This document shows positions 37,849 through 47,465 of a stretch of DNA of 64,000 nt, one piece after another. How positions within the stretch are numbered: position 1 is the first letter of the stretch; the number at the start of each line of letters is the position of its first letter. A model generated the notes under the pieces. It made no database searches and was not told where the DNA came from. It was given only the letters and a program-made list of their open reading frames with translations. Source of the DNA: Escherichia phage EI-SP-GF; the sequence record OR992645.1, one strand, 5' to 3'. The translations under genes and the position numbers were made by a program.

Positions 37849-38676
37849 GTGAATAGAGCCGTGTATCCAGTCGAGTATGATCCTCTATTAAGAGTTTTCA
37901 ACAATCAGTTAAGTTTTTATCAATTTTTAGCACAATACAATCCAGAAATCAATGTTGGTTTATCAGCCCTACTGCCACCAACAGAATTCGTTATTGGCAG
38001 TGTCCACTATCCGTGCAGAACGATTGTAGACTTCTTCGAGAAGATTGCAAAACACACAGGCCTGCCAATTGATACTGGTATTTCAACTATCCGTATGGGT
38101 GTTATTCTTCTGTTCTTCACAGAGAACCTTGATGAAAGCACTTTAACACTGCAAAGCGGTGATGTCAATATCACACTCACCCCGTCAGTGTTTAAAGAGG
38201 TAGATGCGGCTTTCCAAGTTTCCGTGGCAGAGGGCCATCTATGGGACCCTGTAGGGATGCCTAAAAAAGTGACCATAAACGATGAGCAATGCAACATTGT
38301 TTATGAAGAAGATACCCAAACTTTCACCATTGAGTGGCCTAAGAAACGTTCTCAGGTTGTAAATCTTGGACTGGTGTCTACGATAGCTCCACCGCCTGAA
38401 CCAGAGCCGGAGCCGCCTGTAGGTCCTACTGAACCTGGTGGTGACGGTGAAGTTACTGTAGCAGATCCGCAAGATGTGACTGTATCCTCTTCCTCATTTG
38501 TAGCCGTTGAGAATAAGGATGAAATCCTTAAACAGGCCGCAGCTCTTAACAACGAAGATGACAAAAGTGGTTCAAAAGATGCACTCCAAACCTTCGCTAA
38601 AGAGTACGGTGTTACCTTAAGTAAGGCAAAAACTTTCCAAAATATGATGAAAGATTTTGAGGCTGCACTGGCATAA
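37849..38676 (+). CDS. hypothetical structural protein with Pro-rich linker (GTG start)
   Basis: PPPEPEPEPPVGPTEPGG linker in 275-aa protein. Confidence 0.4.
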   Translation: MNRAVYPVEYDPLLRVFNNQLSFYQFLAQYNPEINVGLSALLPPTEFVIGSVHYPCRTIVDFFEKIAKHTGLPIDTGISTIRMGVILLFFTENLDESTLTLQSGDVNITLTPSVFKEVDAAFQVSVAEGHLWDPVGMPKKVTINDEQCNIVYEEDTQTFTIEWPKKRSQVVNLGLVSTIAPPPEPEPEPPVGPTEPGGDGEVTVADPQDVTVSSSSFVAVENKDEILKQAAALNNEDDKSGSKDALQTFAKEYGVTLSKAKTFQNMMKDFEAALA

Positions 38677-38685
38677 TTTTGTTAA

Positions 38686-38720
38686 GGCCCCTTCCAAATC
38701 AGGAATGGGGCTTTATTTTT
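38686..38720 (+). terminator. terminator-like hairpin
   Basis: GGCCCCTTCC...GGAATGGGGC stem with T-tract CTTTATTTTT. Confidence 0.4.
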
Positions 38721-38735
38721 ACGAGGTATTTTCAA

Positions 38736-39356
38736 ATGGCATGGTATGAAGATGAAGAGATTATCCCGTCACCGCCTAACCATGATGGTGTAGTCGATAC
38801 CCCAGAAGAACCACCAAAAGAAGATCCTGTGCCTCCGGAACCTGATCCAGACCAACCTCTTATTGATATTATGAGGTTATTGCTTGGCAATGTTGATGAG
38901 GAAACTCTCCCTGATGAGGTAATTAAAACATTCCTTGACATGGAGAAGTTGAAACTAAATTATCCGGCAGATCCTGATAAGCTACCTCTGCTTAAGTACA
39001 ATGTGCTTGTGCAACTTGTGCGGTGGCTGATGATGCAGGAAGTGTCCAGTGGTAATGCAAGTATAACTTCCCGTCTGGAAAAAATAGGTGATGAGACCAT
39101 AGAGATTCGTGGTGGATCTTCCTACGCCCAATGGAAGGATTTTCTTGATTGGCTGCTGGCACACCCAGACTATGTAGATTCTGAGTTAGATGCTTACAGC
39201 AGAATGATTATCATTGGTGGTGTTCGTGTAGACGAAGGAATTCGGGTTAAATTTAATGAAAACAGCAACGGACCGTTCGATGTCCAGGGGATTACACCTA
39301 TTAGTGGTCTAAATAATCAACCTCCTCGCCACCCAAGACGCAAACGCAGTTTTTAA
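38736..39356 (+). CDS. hypothetical protein (206 aa)
   Basis: Start moved to ATG 38736 (GAGG RBS); acidic Pro-rich N-terminus. Confidence 0.4.
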   Translation: MAWYEDEEIIPSPPNHDGVVDTPEEPPKEDPVPPEPDPDQPLIDIMRLLLGNVDEETLPDEVIKTFLDMEKLKLNYPADPDKLPLLKYNVLVQLVRWLMMQEVSSGNASITSRLEKIGDETIEIRGGSSYAQWKDFLDWLLAHPDYVDSELDAYSRMIIIGGVRVDEGIRVKFNENSNGPFDVQGITPISGLNNQPPRHPRRKRSF

Positions 39357-39362
39357 AAATTG

Positions 39363-39391
39363 TTGCTTTTGATGTATCTTTGTGGTAAAAT
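39363..39391 (+). promoter_or_regulatory. sigma70-like promoter (TTGCTT-N17-TAAAAT, TGGTAAAAT extended -10)
   Basis: Hexamers at 39363-39368 and 39386-39391. Confidence 0.45.
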
Positions 39392-39409
39392 ACATTAGTG
39401 AGGAATATA

Positions 39410-39868
39410 ATGCTAAAGGTTAAATGTCAAACAAGGTTCAACCTAAAGCGTTTAGATCGCTTTTATAAAGACCTTGTGAAACTTGAAAGCAAAACAATAA
39501 CCTACGGCTTTTATGATGAACCTCACCCGTCAGGCTTAAATATGGCAACATTGGCAGCTATTCACAACTTCGGTTGGAACGGGCTGCCTGTTCGCAATTT
39601 CATGGAGACGGCCTTTGCATTTCACAGCACGCAACTACAGACCTTGACAGAAAAATTGTTGAGAGCTATGGCTAGAGGATCAAGTGCAGAGGCTGTTCTT
39701 AGACAGATGGGGGACACAGGGGCCAAAGCTATCCAGTTTGTTATTGAGGCTGGTCAGTTTAGTAACCCTACTGTTAGTGAGCAGTGGGCACAAGAGAAGG
39801 GCTTCAACGAGGCTATGCGGCATTACGATGTGCTGCTTGAATCTGCAACCTTTAAAATTGGACAGTAA
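39410..39868 (+). CDS. hypothetical protein (152 aa)
   Basis: Start moved to ATG 39410 (GTGAGGAA RBS). Confidence 0.4.
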   Translation: MLKVKCQTRFNLKRLDRFYKDLVKLESKTITYGFYDEPHPSGLNMATLAAIHNFGWNGLPVRNFMETAFAFHSTQLQTLTEKLLRAMARGSSAEAVLRQMGDTGAKAIQFVIEAGQFSNPTVSEQWAQEKGFNEAMRHYDVLLESATFKIGQ

Positions 39869-39882
39869 AATAAGGGGGTTGA

Positions 39883-40308
39883 GTGGCAGCAGGTTATAAG
39901 CTGATAGGAAAGAACAGGCTAATACCTCGTAAAACATTCAAAGGTCGCCACAGAGTGTATAACAAAACAGTTGGTGGTCCTTTTGCTAACGAGGGGTTAG
40001 AACTTGAGTATGAAGAGTTTGATGTCTTAGAGTGTGTTGTGCAGCCGTTGACAGGAAGGGCAGCTAAAGATTACTCCTCTCAAATAAATCCTGAGGGTGA
40101 CAGACAGTACGAGGCTTTTACAGTTTACTCCTCAACCAAGTTGTATAGTCCAGACGAAGGAACATATGCAATGGCTGATCAAATTCAACTGCCTGACATC
40201 CGTGGTGACCTGAAGTGGTTTACCGTTTTAAAATGTGATGCTTATGTCACGTCTGGTGGTGGAAGATATAGATTTTTTGTGGTAGAAGAGCCTGAAGGAG
40301 AAAACTGA
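39883..40308 (+). CDS. hypothetical protein (141 aa, GTG start)
   Basis: ORF track; AGGGGG RBS. Confidence 0.4.
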   Translation: MAAGYKLIGKNRLIPRKTFKGRHRVYNKTVGGPFANEGLELEYEEFDVLECVVQPLTGRAAKDYSSQINPEGDRQYEAFTVYSSTKLYSPDEGTYAMADQIQLPDIRGDLKWFTVLKCDAYVTSGGGRYRFFVVEEPEGEN

Positions 40309-40859
40309 TGGAAGCTTTCGAAAAAGTTTTTTCTGATCTTGAAACAACCATCGCTAAGCTTGTCAAGGTTGCCACAGGAAGAACTGTAGTTCTGGCAGAA
40401 AGCTCTACCATACCGAAGCCGGAAGGTGAGTTTGTACTTTTGCAAACCCTGGCGATCAATCCCACCACTTGGGAAGATAATGAGTTTCAAGATGCGGAGG
40501 GTAATGCTTACGTCACCCACAGTTATACTGTTACTTATCTGTTAACAGCTTATCGCGGCAGGGCATATGCTGCACTTAGCAGAGTATTGCAAGCAATAAA
40601 CCTTCCAATGTTTTATGACAAGTATTTCCCTCTGGGATCGTGCTTTGCCTACTCTAACAATTCAACAATTTCACCTCAAAGGGTGCCGTTGAATAAGCAG
40701 ACGTATGAAAATAGAGCCACCGTAATGCTGACATTTAACGTAAGGTTTGTTGAGACAGACATTGGGGCTTTTGAGGATCTTCAGGGAATTAAGGCTGAAA
40801 TAACCACACACTTCCCTTCACCCAATTCTGGTAAAGCGGTTACAGACAGTGGTCAGTAA
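40308..40859 (+). CDS. hypothetical protein (183 aa)
   Basis: ATG overlaps upstream stop (TGATG). Confidence 0.4.
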   Translation: MEAFEKVFSDLETTIAKLVKVATGRTVVLAESSTIPKPEGEFVLLQTLAINPTTWEDNEFQDAEGNAYVTHSYTVTYLLTAYRGRAYAALSRVLQAINLPMFYDKYFPLGSCFAYSNNSTISPQRVPLNKQTYENRATVMLTFNVRFVETDIGAFEDLQGIKAEITTHFPSPNSGKAVTDSGQ

Positions 40860-40931
40860 TCGTTATAATTGTGTAGTGTAATGATTACACTGCGTGTTTG
40901 ATATCCGTGCACAGATATTAAGAGGAAACAA

Positions 40932-42308
40932 ATGCCATATTTAGATAAAGTGGTAGATGTTACAGTTAACCTCGGAACCCAACCTATTGACACTGTAGGT
41001 TTCGAAACTCCCCTGTTCATCGCTATCCACAACAACTTTACTGAGCGAGCTCGCGTATATGCGGAGCTGGATCAGATGGTGGAAGATGGTTTCGCACAAG
41101 GCTCTGCAGCGTATGAGTTTGCAGCAAAAGCTTTTGGTGGTGTATTCCCTCCACAATATGTTATGATCGGCAGACAGGCCAAAGAAAAAACCACTGTAGA
41201 TTTTAAAGGTATTGCTGCCGCAGCTGATACTGATGTCGTAATGACTATTGCAAAAGGTGGCTACAATACCTCTCTGATAGTGCCTATCTCTGGTGGAACA
41301 GGTGCAACTCAGATTGCAGAGTCAATGAAGACTAAAATCGAAGCAGATGATAATTTGGACGGTATCACTGTAGAGGCTGAAGAAGGTGTTATCACCATCA
41401 CTGGTGACTGCACTGTTGGTTATCATACTGGTAACTATACAATCAAAAATATCGCCAATTCTGAAAAACCTTCTACAATAGTTGATAAGATCAATGCTGA
41501 GCGGGACAATTGGTACTTCCTGTGCCATGAAGACCACACCGACATTGAAGCATGTGCTAAGTGGGCTCAGGCCAACTACAAGCTGCACGTCTACTCTACT
41601 GCAGAAGATGTGACTGGCAAAGACAGTAACATCGCTACCAAACTGAAAGCTGCACAATATGACAGTGTTGGCATGTACGATCCTCGTGCAGATAAGGACT
41701 TCCCGGAGGGTGGTATCATAGGTGCTATGGCATCCAACGATCCGTCCTACGGTGACAGCTTGCACTTAAAACAGATGCCAGGTGTGATTGCACCATCTCT
41801 GACTTTAACTCAGCGTATGGCGATTTGGGAAAACCACGTTAACTTCTACAGAATGATTAACGGTGTTGGCGCTTTCTGGGAAGGTAAGTGTGCTTCAGGT
41901 CAGTATGCAGACGCTATTCGTTTTGCACACTGGATCAAGTTCAGATCTGAAGAATCCATGTTTGGGTACATGCATCGCCGCTCCAACATGGGTTTAAGCA
42001 TGAAGATGTCTGATGATGATCTTCCGGTTATCAAGTCTGTTCTGATGAACAACCCGATCAATACTGGCATTAAGAATGGCGCGATCCTGACAGGTTTTGA
42101 CGAAGACAACAATGTGTTCTACGACCCGATCATCACAGTTCCTAAACGTGCAGAGATCCCAACCAATCAGTTGGCTGCTCGTGTTCTGGAAGGTGTGAAA
42201 GTAGAACTGGTGTATAACAACGCCCTGCACTTCGTTCGTATCCGGATCAACGTCCTTCTGGACAAGGTTGGTTCTAAATCCACCAATGCTGTTGCAATGA
42301 CTGAATAA
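40932..42308 (+). CDS. putative major tail protein (tail sheath-like by size and gene order)
   Basis: 458 aa, followed by a 157-aa tube-like gene, chaperone pair and tape measure; order typical of contractile tails. Confidence 0.45.
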   Translation: MPYLDKVVDVTVNLGTQPIDTVGFETPLFIAIHNNFTERARVYAELDQMVEDGFAQGSAAYEFAAKAFGGVFPPQYVMIGRQAKEKTTVDFKGIAAAADTDVVMTIAKGGYNTSLIVPISGGTGATQIAESMKTKIEADDNLDGITVEAEEGVITITGDCTVGYHTGNYTIKNIANSEKPSTIVDKINAERDNWYFLCHEDHTDIEACAKWAQANYKLHVYSTAEDVTGKDSNIATKLKAAQYDSVGMYDPRADKDFPEGGIIGAMASNDPSYGDSLHLKQMPGVIAPSLTLTQRMAIWENHVNFYRMINGVGAFWEGKCASGQYADAIRFAHWIKFRSEESMFGYMHRRSNMGLSMKMSDDDLPVIKSVLMNNPINTGIKNGAILTGFDEDNNVFYDPIITVPKRAEIPTNQLAARVLEGVKVELVYNNALHFVRIRINVLLDKVGSKSTNAVAMTE

Positions 42309-42318
42309 GGAAGACTAG

Positions 42319-42792
42319 ATGGAAACTCAAATTTTAACTCCTTATGCTTATGACCCTAAAAAGGTCAAACTGTATCTGATGCAGCAGCGTGTCACTGGCT
42401 TCGCTGCTGACACCAAGATCGTTGTTTCAAGAAATGAAGACAACATCTACCCTCACGTTGGTGTGGATGGCGAAATGTCTGCGGCTCTGTCTCGTAACCA
42501 ATCTGGTGTTATGACTGTATCTTTGCAGAACACTTCTGTATGGAACGCCTACCTTTCCGACTGGCAGAAACAGGCATCAATTACTGGTCTGGTATTCTTC
42601 CCTGTTCTGCTGGAAGGTAGCCAGGGCCCTGGTATTGCCACAATCGGTTGGATCCAGAAACAGCCTGACCTGACTTATGGAACCGAAGTAGGTCAGCTGG
42701 ATTGGGATATCGGTATCCTGGATGCATGGCTCAACCGTGACAACATCACTGGTGCTCTCACTGGCCTCGCAGGTCTTGCAGGTATTATCTAA
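42319..42792 (+). CDS. putative tail tube protein
   Basis: 157 aa between sheath-like gene and chaperones; followed by strong terminator. Confidence 0.4.
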   Translation: METQILTPYAYDPKKVKLYLMQQRVTGFAADTKIVVSRNEDNIYPHVGVDGEMSAALSRNQSGVMTVSLQNTSVWNAYLSDWQKQASITGLVFFPVLLEGSQGPGIATIGWIQKQPDLTYGTEVGQLDWDIGILDAWLNRDNITGALTGLAGLAGII

Positions 42793-42810
42793 GAGCACAC
42801 TTCAGCATAA

Positions 42811-42841
42811 GCCTCACCTTCTGGTGGGGCTTTTTGCTTTT
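42811..42841 (+). terminator. intrinsic terminator
   Basis: 8-bp stem GCCTCACC/GGTGGGGC, loop TTCT, then TTTTTGCTTTT. Confidence 0.7.
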
Positions 42842-42882
42842 ATGGTTCTGACACACGTTCTTGAATTGCTTGAAAGGTTAAA

Positions 42883-42911
42883 TTGACAATGCACCATAAT
42901 CATGGTAAAAT
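42883..42911 (+). promoter_or_regulatory. sigma70-like promoter (TTGACA-N17-TAAAAT)
   Basis: Consensus -35 at 42883-42888, -10 at 42906-42911, TGGTAAAAT extended -10. Confidence 0.55.
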
Positions 42912-42954
42912 ACACAAATATGGTGCACAACATGACTAATAAGGATGCTATAAA

Positions 42955-43428
42955 ATGGCTATAAACTTTAGACCTACAACAGAGATTGACTTAGCAGGGC
43001 ACAACTTCGTGATCACCCACTGGGGGCCGATGAAGGCAATGAAAAATATGCCTAAGATTGGCAAGATTGTGGCTGTCCCGTTAGGTGCTATCGGTGGATC
43101 TATTATCTCAGGTGGTCAGAATATGGCTGAGGTTCTTCCTACTGCTCTGGCCTACCTGTTCCAGGAGCTTGATGACAACTCTATTGAAGAGTTGTTTAAA
43201 ATCTTGTTCGAAGATATTACTGTAGACGGTGTGGATAGGCTTAATCCAGATGTTGTGTTTGCAGGGCATCTGCTGGAGATGATTAAACTGGCAGGTAAGG
43301 TTCTGGAGGTTAACTACGGCTGTTTTTTCACACAAGACGGTTTAGGAAGCCTTCTGGAGATGTTACAGCAGATGGGTATGATTCAGCAGGTGAACAATCT
43401 GGATCAGACTCCGGAAGAGCAGGAATAA
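42955..43428 (+). CDS. tail assembly chaperone
   Basis: 157-aa acidic protein immediately upstream of tape measure gene. Confidence 0.5.
   Translation: MAINFRPTTEIDLAGHNFVITHWGPMKAMKNMPKIGKIVAVPLGAIGGSIISGGQNMAEVLPTALAYLFQELDDNSIEELFKILFEDITVDGVDRLNPDVVFAGHLLEMIKLAGKVLEVNYGCFFTQDGLGSLLEMLQQMGMIQQVNNLDQTPEEQE
43323..43329 (+). other. candidate -1 ribosomal frameshift slippery heptamer T_TTT_TTC
   Basis: X_XXY_YYZ heptamer in frame of chaperone ORF; -1 frame is open from here to stop at 43688. Confidence 0.4.
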
Positions 43429-43439
43429 GCAAAGTTGTT

Positions 43440-43688
43440 GTGAGAGCCAGTGAGTGGGCAGCTAAGAACAGCTCACTTAACTGGTTCGACTTTCTTTGGT
43501 GTAGGGTGCTCAAGAACTTTAAAGGGGAAAATTTTGAATCGCTTAATCTTGCAGATATGGCGTATTTCCTCAAGCTGTGTGAGTATCTTGATATCGAAGA
43601 ATTCCTAGATACCGTCCAAAACAGGGAAATGGAGCGGGAGCAGAAGGCTGCCGCAGCTGCTGCGAAAGCTAAGCGCAGGAGAGGATAA
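43440..43688 (+). CDS. tail assembly chaperone frameshift extension
   Basis: ORF in -1 frame relative to 42955-43428, contiguous open frame back to slippery site. Confidence 0.4.
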   Translation: MRASEWAAKNSSLNWFDFLWCRVLKNFKGENFESLNLADMAYFLKLCEYLDIEEFLDTVQNREMEREQKAAAAAAKAKRRRG

Positions 43689-43742
43689 TCTAAGGGCCGG
43701 ATTCCTTTTCTGGGATCTGGCCCTTTTTATTATGAGGAAAAC

Positions 43743-46082
43743 ATGGCTACAAATAAGATAGTTGCCACAACAGTCAACAAGATTGGCTTTGAGATAGAGA
43801 ACTCCTCCTACAAAAAAGCTGTAGAGAAAATTCGCAGTATCGGGAAGGAGTTCAGGAAACTGGGCGAGGATTTTAACTCAGCCAACCCTATGAGCAGATG
43901 GCAGGCAGTGGCTGTTAAAACTCAGCAGACAATGCAACGTGTTGCCAGACAGCAATCCCAAGCAAATGCTAAACTGCACAGGGAGAGCGTTGCTCAGGCC
44001 AAGAAAGAGGCTGCAGTAAAGGCTGCAATAGAGCGCAGGGAGAATGCAAGACGTAAGCAAGCTGTAGGCAATATTACCGCCAAAAACCCAGAGATGGCTA
44101 GGATGCGTAAGTTCTACCAGCAGCAAGCTAAAGAGGCCAAAAAAGCTGCCAAATCTGCACCAGTATCCTATGGTGGTTATAAGGCACCTAAGGCAAGAGT
44201 TCTTGCTAACGCCAAGTCTTTCAGATATATCCCAGGCAACCCTAACATGGGTGGGGTGGCTTCAGATCCTAATCTTGTGAAAGCCCAGACTGCTGCCATG
44301 AACCGTTATCACAGACAGTTAAGAAGGGACAGCAAAGCTGGGATGGATAATAGGCTTATGGCAGATCGTGAGGCAAGGAGAACCCACCTCTACAACTCTG
44401 CGATAAGACTTTCTGCCAAATATGGTGCCGGATTCCGTGGTAGTCTGTCTGGATATTCGGAGTTGGAGTCCAGATTTGCTCGCGGGGAAATGAGTAAGTC
44501 AACCTTTAACGCCCACCTGTCTGCGTTGCAGTCTGGGTTTAAAAGTGCCACCAGCCAAACTCTGACCCTCGGTGATGCTATGAGGGATTTGCGTAGATCT
44601 GTAATCAACGCTACAGCTGCGTATACCGCTTTTTCTGGATTTGCTGCAGTTAACAGATCCGGTCATATGATGGAGGGGGCAAGTGCTGCTCTTACTGCTG
44701 TTACTGGAGATCCAAACAAAGCCAACAGTGAAGTTGCGTTTGTCCAGCAGGAGGCTATGCGTCTTGGTTTTGACCTCAAGTCTGGTCTTCAGGGTTATTC
44801 TCAGATGGCGGTGAACGCCAAAAATCAGATGACAAACCAAGAGGTGCATGAGCTATTCTCTGCATACTCGCAGTATGCTGCTGCTTACGGTGCCGATGAG
44901 GTAAAATACCAGCGCGGTATTATGGCAATCCAGCAAATGCTCGGTAAAGGGCAAGTAATGTCCGAAGAACTGAAGCAACAACTTGCTGAAGCATTACCTG
45001 GTGCATACGAACCTTTTATCAAAGCTACCCAAGAGGCTTTTGGTCTTGCTGAGCTCTCCATGGATCAGTTCATGGATATGATGAAAAAAGGTGAAGTTAA
45101 AACAGCCAAGATCATGAAGTATGTGGCTAAGTACATGAATGAGGCATCTGCAGCTGGTTATGAAAGAATGCAGAAGTCTAACGTACTGGCAGAAAACAGA
45201 CTGAAAACCTTTATTGAACTGTCCCGTCAGAAACTGTTCACACGTTGGGCAGATGAGCTGACAGAGTTCTACTACACCTTAATCCGCACAGGTGAGACCC
45301 TGCAATTTGTGTGGGATGCCGCTGGTGATTTTGTTAGCGGGTTTGTGAGAGGTTTGAACTGGGTTGTTGGTGAACTAAACAACACTATAGTTAAGATCCG
45401 TTTGTTTTTCCTTGAATGGGGAATTAAATGGGGTATCATAACTGCTAAGACGAAGGAATATTCCGAAGAGATACATGACACCTTTAGCATGGCTAAATGG
45501 GCAGGGTATGCTGCTGCAATCATGCTGGTAGTGAACGCCCTTACCAAAGGGTTTGTTATGGCATCCATGCTTGTAAAAACATTTAAGTTCCTCAGCAACC
45601 TGAGAGGTGCAGCTGGAGCTGCAGGTGCTGGTGCAGTAACCGCAGACGGCTCTGGAGGAGGAGCAGCCGGAAAAGGTGGTGGAGGCATTAAGACGCCTGG
45701 CGGTAAAGTTGGCATTCTTGGCAAACTAGGTATCATTGGCACAATACTGAGTGCCGGAGAACTATTTAATGACCGTTTCAACCCGCTGAGTGAAAGAAAT
45801 CAACAGCTGGATACCATCAGCGATATGATTCGTAAAGACATCATATCTGGAGGTAACGGGTTTGTTGATCCTCTAAGCACCTTGCCGGGAGGTACTCTTC
45901 CGTTACCAGGTGGTCCTGGTTTTGCTTCTCAATTAAGAACCATGGAAATGCTACCTTTAGAGATCAGTGATGGTAAAATCACGATTTCAATAGATGAGGG
46001 TGAGTTTAGCAAAATATTTGATGCAAAACTTGAGTGGGAGAACAGTAAAGATATCAACTTTATGTCCACAGACCTTTGGTAA
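43743..46082 (+). CDS. tail tape measure protein
   Basis: 779 aa, Ala/Gln/Lys-rich helical sequence with Gly-rich segment, downstream of chaperones. Confidence 0.8.
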   Translation: MATNKIVATTVNKIGFEIENSSYKKAVEKIRSIGKEFRKLGEDFNSANPMSRWQAVAVKTQQTMQRVARQQSQANAKLHRESVAQAKKEAAVKAAIERRENARRKQAVGNITAKNPEMARMRKFYQQQAKEAKKAAKSAPVSYGGYKAPKARVLANAKSFRYIPGNPNMGGVASDPNLVKAQTAAMNRYHRQLRRDSKAGMDNRLMADREARRTHLYNSAIRLSAKYGAGFRGSLSGYSELESRFARGEMSKSTFNAHLSALQSGFKSATSQTLTLGDAMRDLRRSVINATAAYTAFSGFAAVNRSGHMMEGASAALTAVTGDPNKANSEVAFVQQEAMRLGFDLKSGLQGYSQMAVNAKNQMTNQEVHELFSAYSQYAAAYGADEVKYQRGIMAIQQMLGKGQVMSEELKQQLAEALPGAYEPFIKATQEAFGLAELSMDQFMDMMKKGEVKTAKIMKYVAKYMNEASAAGYERMQKSNVLAENRLKTFIELSRQKLFTRWADELTEFYYTLIRTGETLQFVWDAAGDFVSGFVRGLNWVVGELNNTIVKIRLFFLEWGIKWGIITAKTKEYSEEIHDTFSMAKWAGYAAAIMLVVNALTKGFVMASMLVKTFKFLSNLRGAAGAAGAGAVTADGSGGGAAGKGGGGIKTPGGKVGILGKLGIIGTILSAGELFNDRFNPLSERNQQLDTISDMIRKDIISGGNGFVDPLSTLPGGTLPLPGGPGFASQLRTMEMLPLEISDGKITISIDEGEFSKIFDAKLEWENSKDINFMSTDLW

Positions 46083-46093
46083 TTAAACTATGT

Positions 46094-46119
46094 GGGGGCT
46101 TCTGGCCCCCTTTATTTTA
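46094..46119 (+). terminator. intrinsic terminator
   Basis: GGGGGC/GCCCCC stem, loop TTCTG, then TTTATTTTAT. Confidence 0.6.
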
Positions 46120-46125
46120 TCAGTG

Positions 46126-46154
46126 TTGTAAAAACGGCTATTTTATGATACAAT
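46126..46154 (+). promoter_or_regulatory. sigma70-like promoter (TTGTAA-N17-TACAAT)
   Basis: Hexamers at 46126-46131 and 46149-46154; implies start near 46161 so gene start taken as ATG 46188. Confidence 0.4.
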
Positions 46155-46187
46155 ATCTAAATGGTATCGGAGTGTCCTGGAGAGGTT

Positions 46188-47072
46188 ATGCCAAGTAATA
46201 TAGTTGATGAAAAAGACCTGTACAAGCCTCAAGAGGTTAAATCTCCAAAGGCTGAAAAGGCAGAGCAGCAAACTGAAAGTGATGTAAAGTATACTATGTT
46301 TGTCAGCGGTCTTAACTACGGCGGTCGCAATATAGAGATGAAGGGTAAAAACTTCACTAACGACCTTGCCATTATCTTCGATCAGGTTGAGAATTATTCT
46401 TTTAAACAAACGGTCGATAAGTCAGATTTTGCAGTAGAAGATAAGTCTACCCTGTCAGACCATGCGGTGGTTAAGGATGGGGTATTTTCTTTCACTGGTC
46501 GGGTAAATACATCTCCTCATATAATTTATGAGCAAAACTACATTGATAGAAATACTGACTCCAAAAACCCTGCAGCGTCTATGCGACCTGGTGCGGCATT
46601 AGAAGCTTTGACAGAGATCATTAATAAGCGACAGTTGGTTTCTTTAGTTACCGAGGAGAGACTCCTTGAAAACTACATTATAACCAGTCTTTCTGCCAAC
46701 AAGTCTGTTGGTGAAGGTGCTGCAATGGTGTTTGATGTGGAACTTACAGAATTCCGCACATTCTACTTGAACAAGGTTGTTAATGCAACTGTATACAGCA
46801 ATCCTAAGAAGGTCGGTAAGACTCAACAAAAAGGTGCTGTCAACGATTGCAAGAATGGTAGTAACGTAGGTAACAAGAGAGACACAGGGGCATTTGCAGA
46901 CACCGCGTCCACAAATGCTGCAGAAGAGTGGCAGCCATACAAATCCATGATGTGGACAGATGAAAACGGTGTTACCCAATCAGCTGCAGATTGGTACTAT
47001 CAGGAATATGGAAGACCTTCCACCATAGTCCCATCTGAGCAGGGGAACTACAACAAAGTTAACGGAAAATAA
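46188..47072 (+). CDS. hypothetical tail/baseplate protein
   Basis: ATG 46188 with GGAGAGG RBS; first gene after tape measure. Confidence 0.45.
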   Translation: MPSNIVDEKDLYKPQEVKSPKAEKAEQQTESDVKYTMFVSGLNYGGRNIEMKGKNFTNDLAIIFDQVENYSFKQTVDKSDFAVEDKSTLSDHAVVKDGVFSFTGRVNTSPHIIYEQNYIDRNTDSKNPAASMRPGAALEALTEIINKRQLVSLVTEERLLENYIITSLSANKSVGEGAAMVFDVELTEFRTFYLNKVVNATVYSNPKKVGKTQQKGAVNDCKNGSNVGNKRDTGAFADTASTNAAEEWQPYKSMMWTDENGVTQSAADWYYQEYGRPSTIVPSEQGNYNKVNGK

Positions 47073-47084
47073 GGGGAGCGTGTA

Positions 47085-47465
47085 ATGGAGCTTAAAGATT
47101 GGTGCATAATCACCTTTGTGTGGGACATTGACGGCTTTCCTGATCAGACCATGCGTGTGGTTTTAGATAATGAAACCTATGAAATGCGTATGCAATGGAA
47201 CGAGAGGGATGAGTCCTGGTGGTTATCTCTTGGTCCAGTAGGCGACAGTCCTTTAGTAACCAGAAAAGTAACAGCTTGTCAAGACATTTTAGACGGACTG
47301 CATTACAGAGACGATTTACCGAAGGGTAGGCTGATGGCCCTGTCGTTTAAAGACGATCAATATTGGGGCAGGGTTGGAAGATACAACCTTGGGGCCAGAT
47401 CTGAGCTACAACTTGTATACGGCACCCCAGTTGATCTTTACAAGGAACAGCAAGGGTTAGCATAA
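47085..47465 (+). CDS. hypothetical tail/baseplate protein (126 aa)
   Basis: ORF track; AAGGGGAG RBS. Confidence 0.4.
   Translation: MELKDWCIITFVWDIDGFPDQTMRVVLDNETYEMRMQWNERDESWWLSLGPVGDSPLVTRKVTACQDILDGLHYRDDLPKGRLMALSFKDDQYWGRVGRYNLGARSELQLVYGTPVDLYKEQQGLA

Noticed and set aside
45272-45781. 169-aa Pro/Ala-rich ORF on the minus strand
   Set aside because: Lies entirely antisense to the Gly/Ala-rich part of the tape measure gene; a compositional shadow ORF with no RBS
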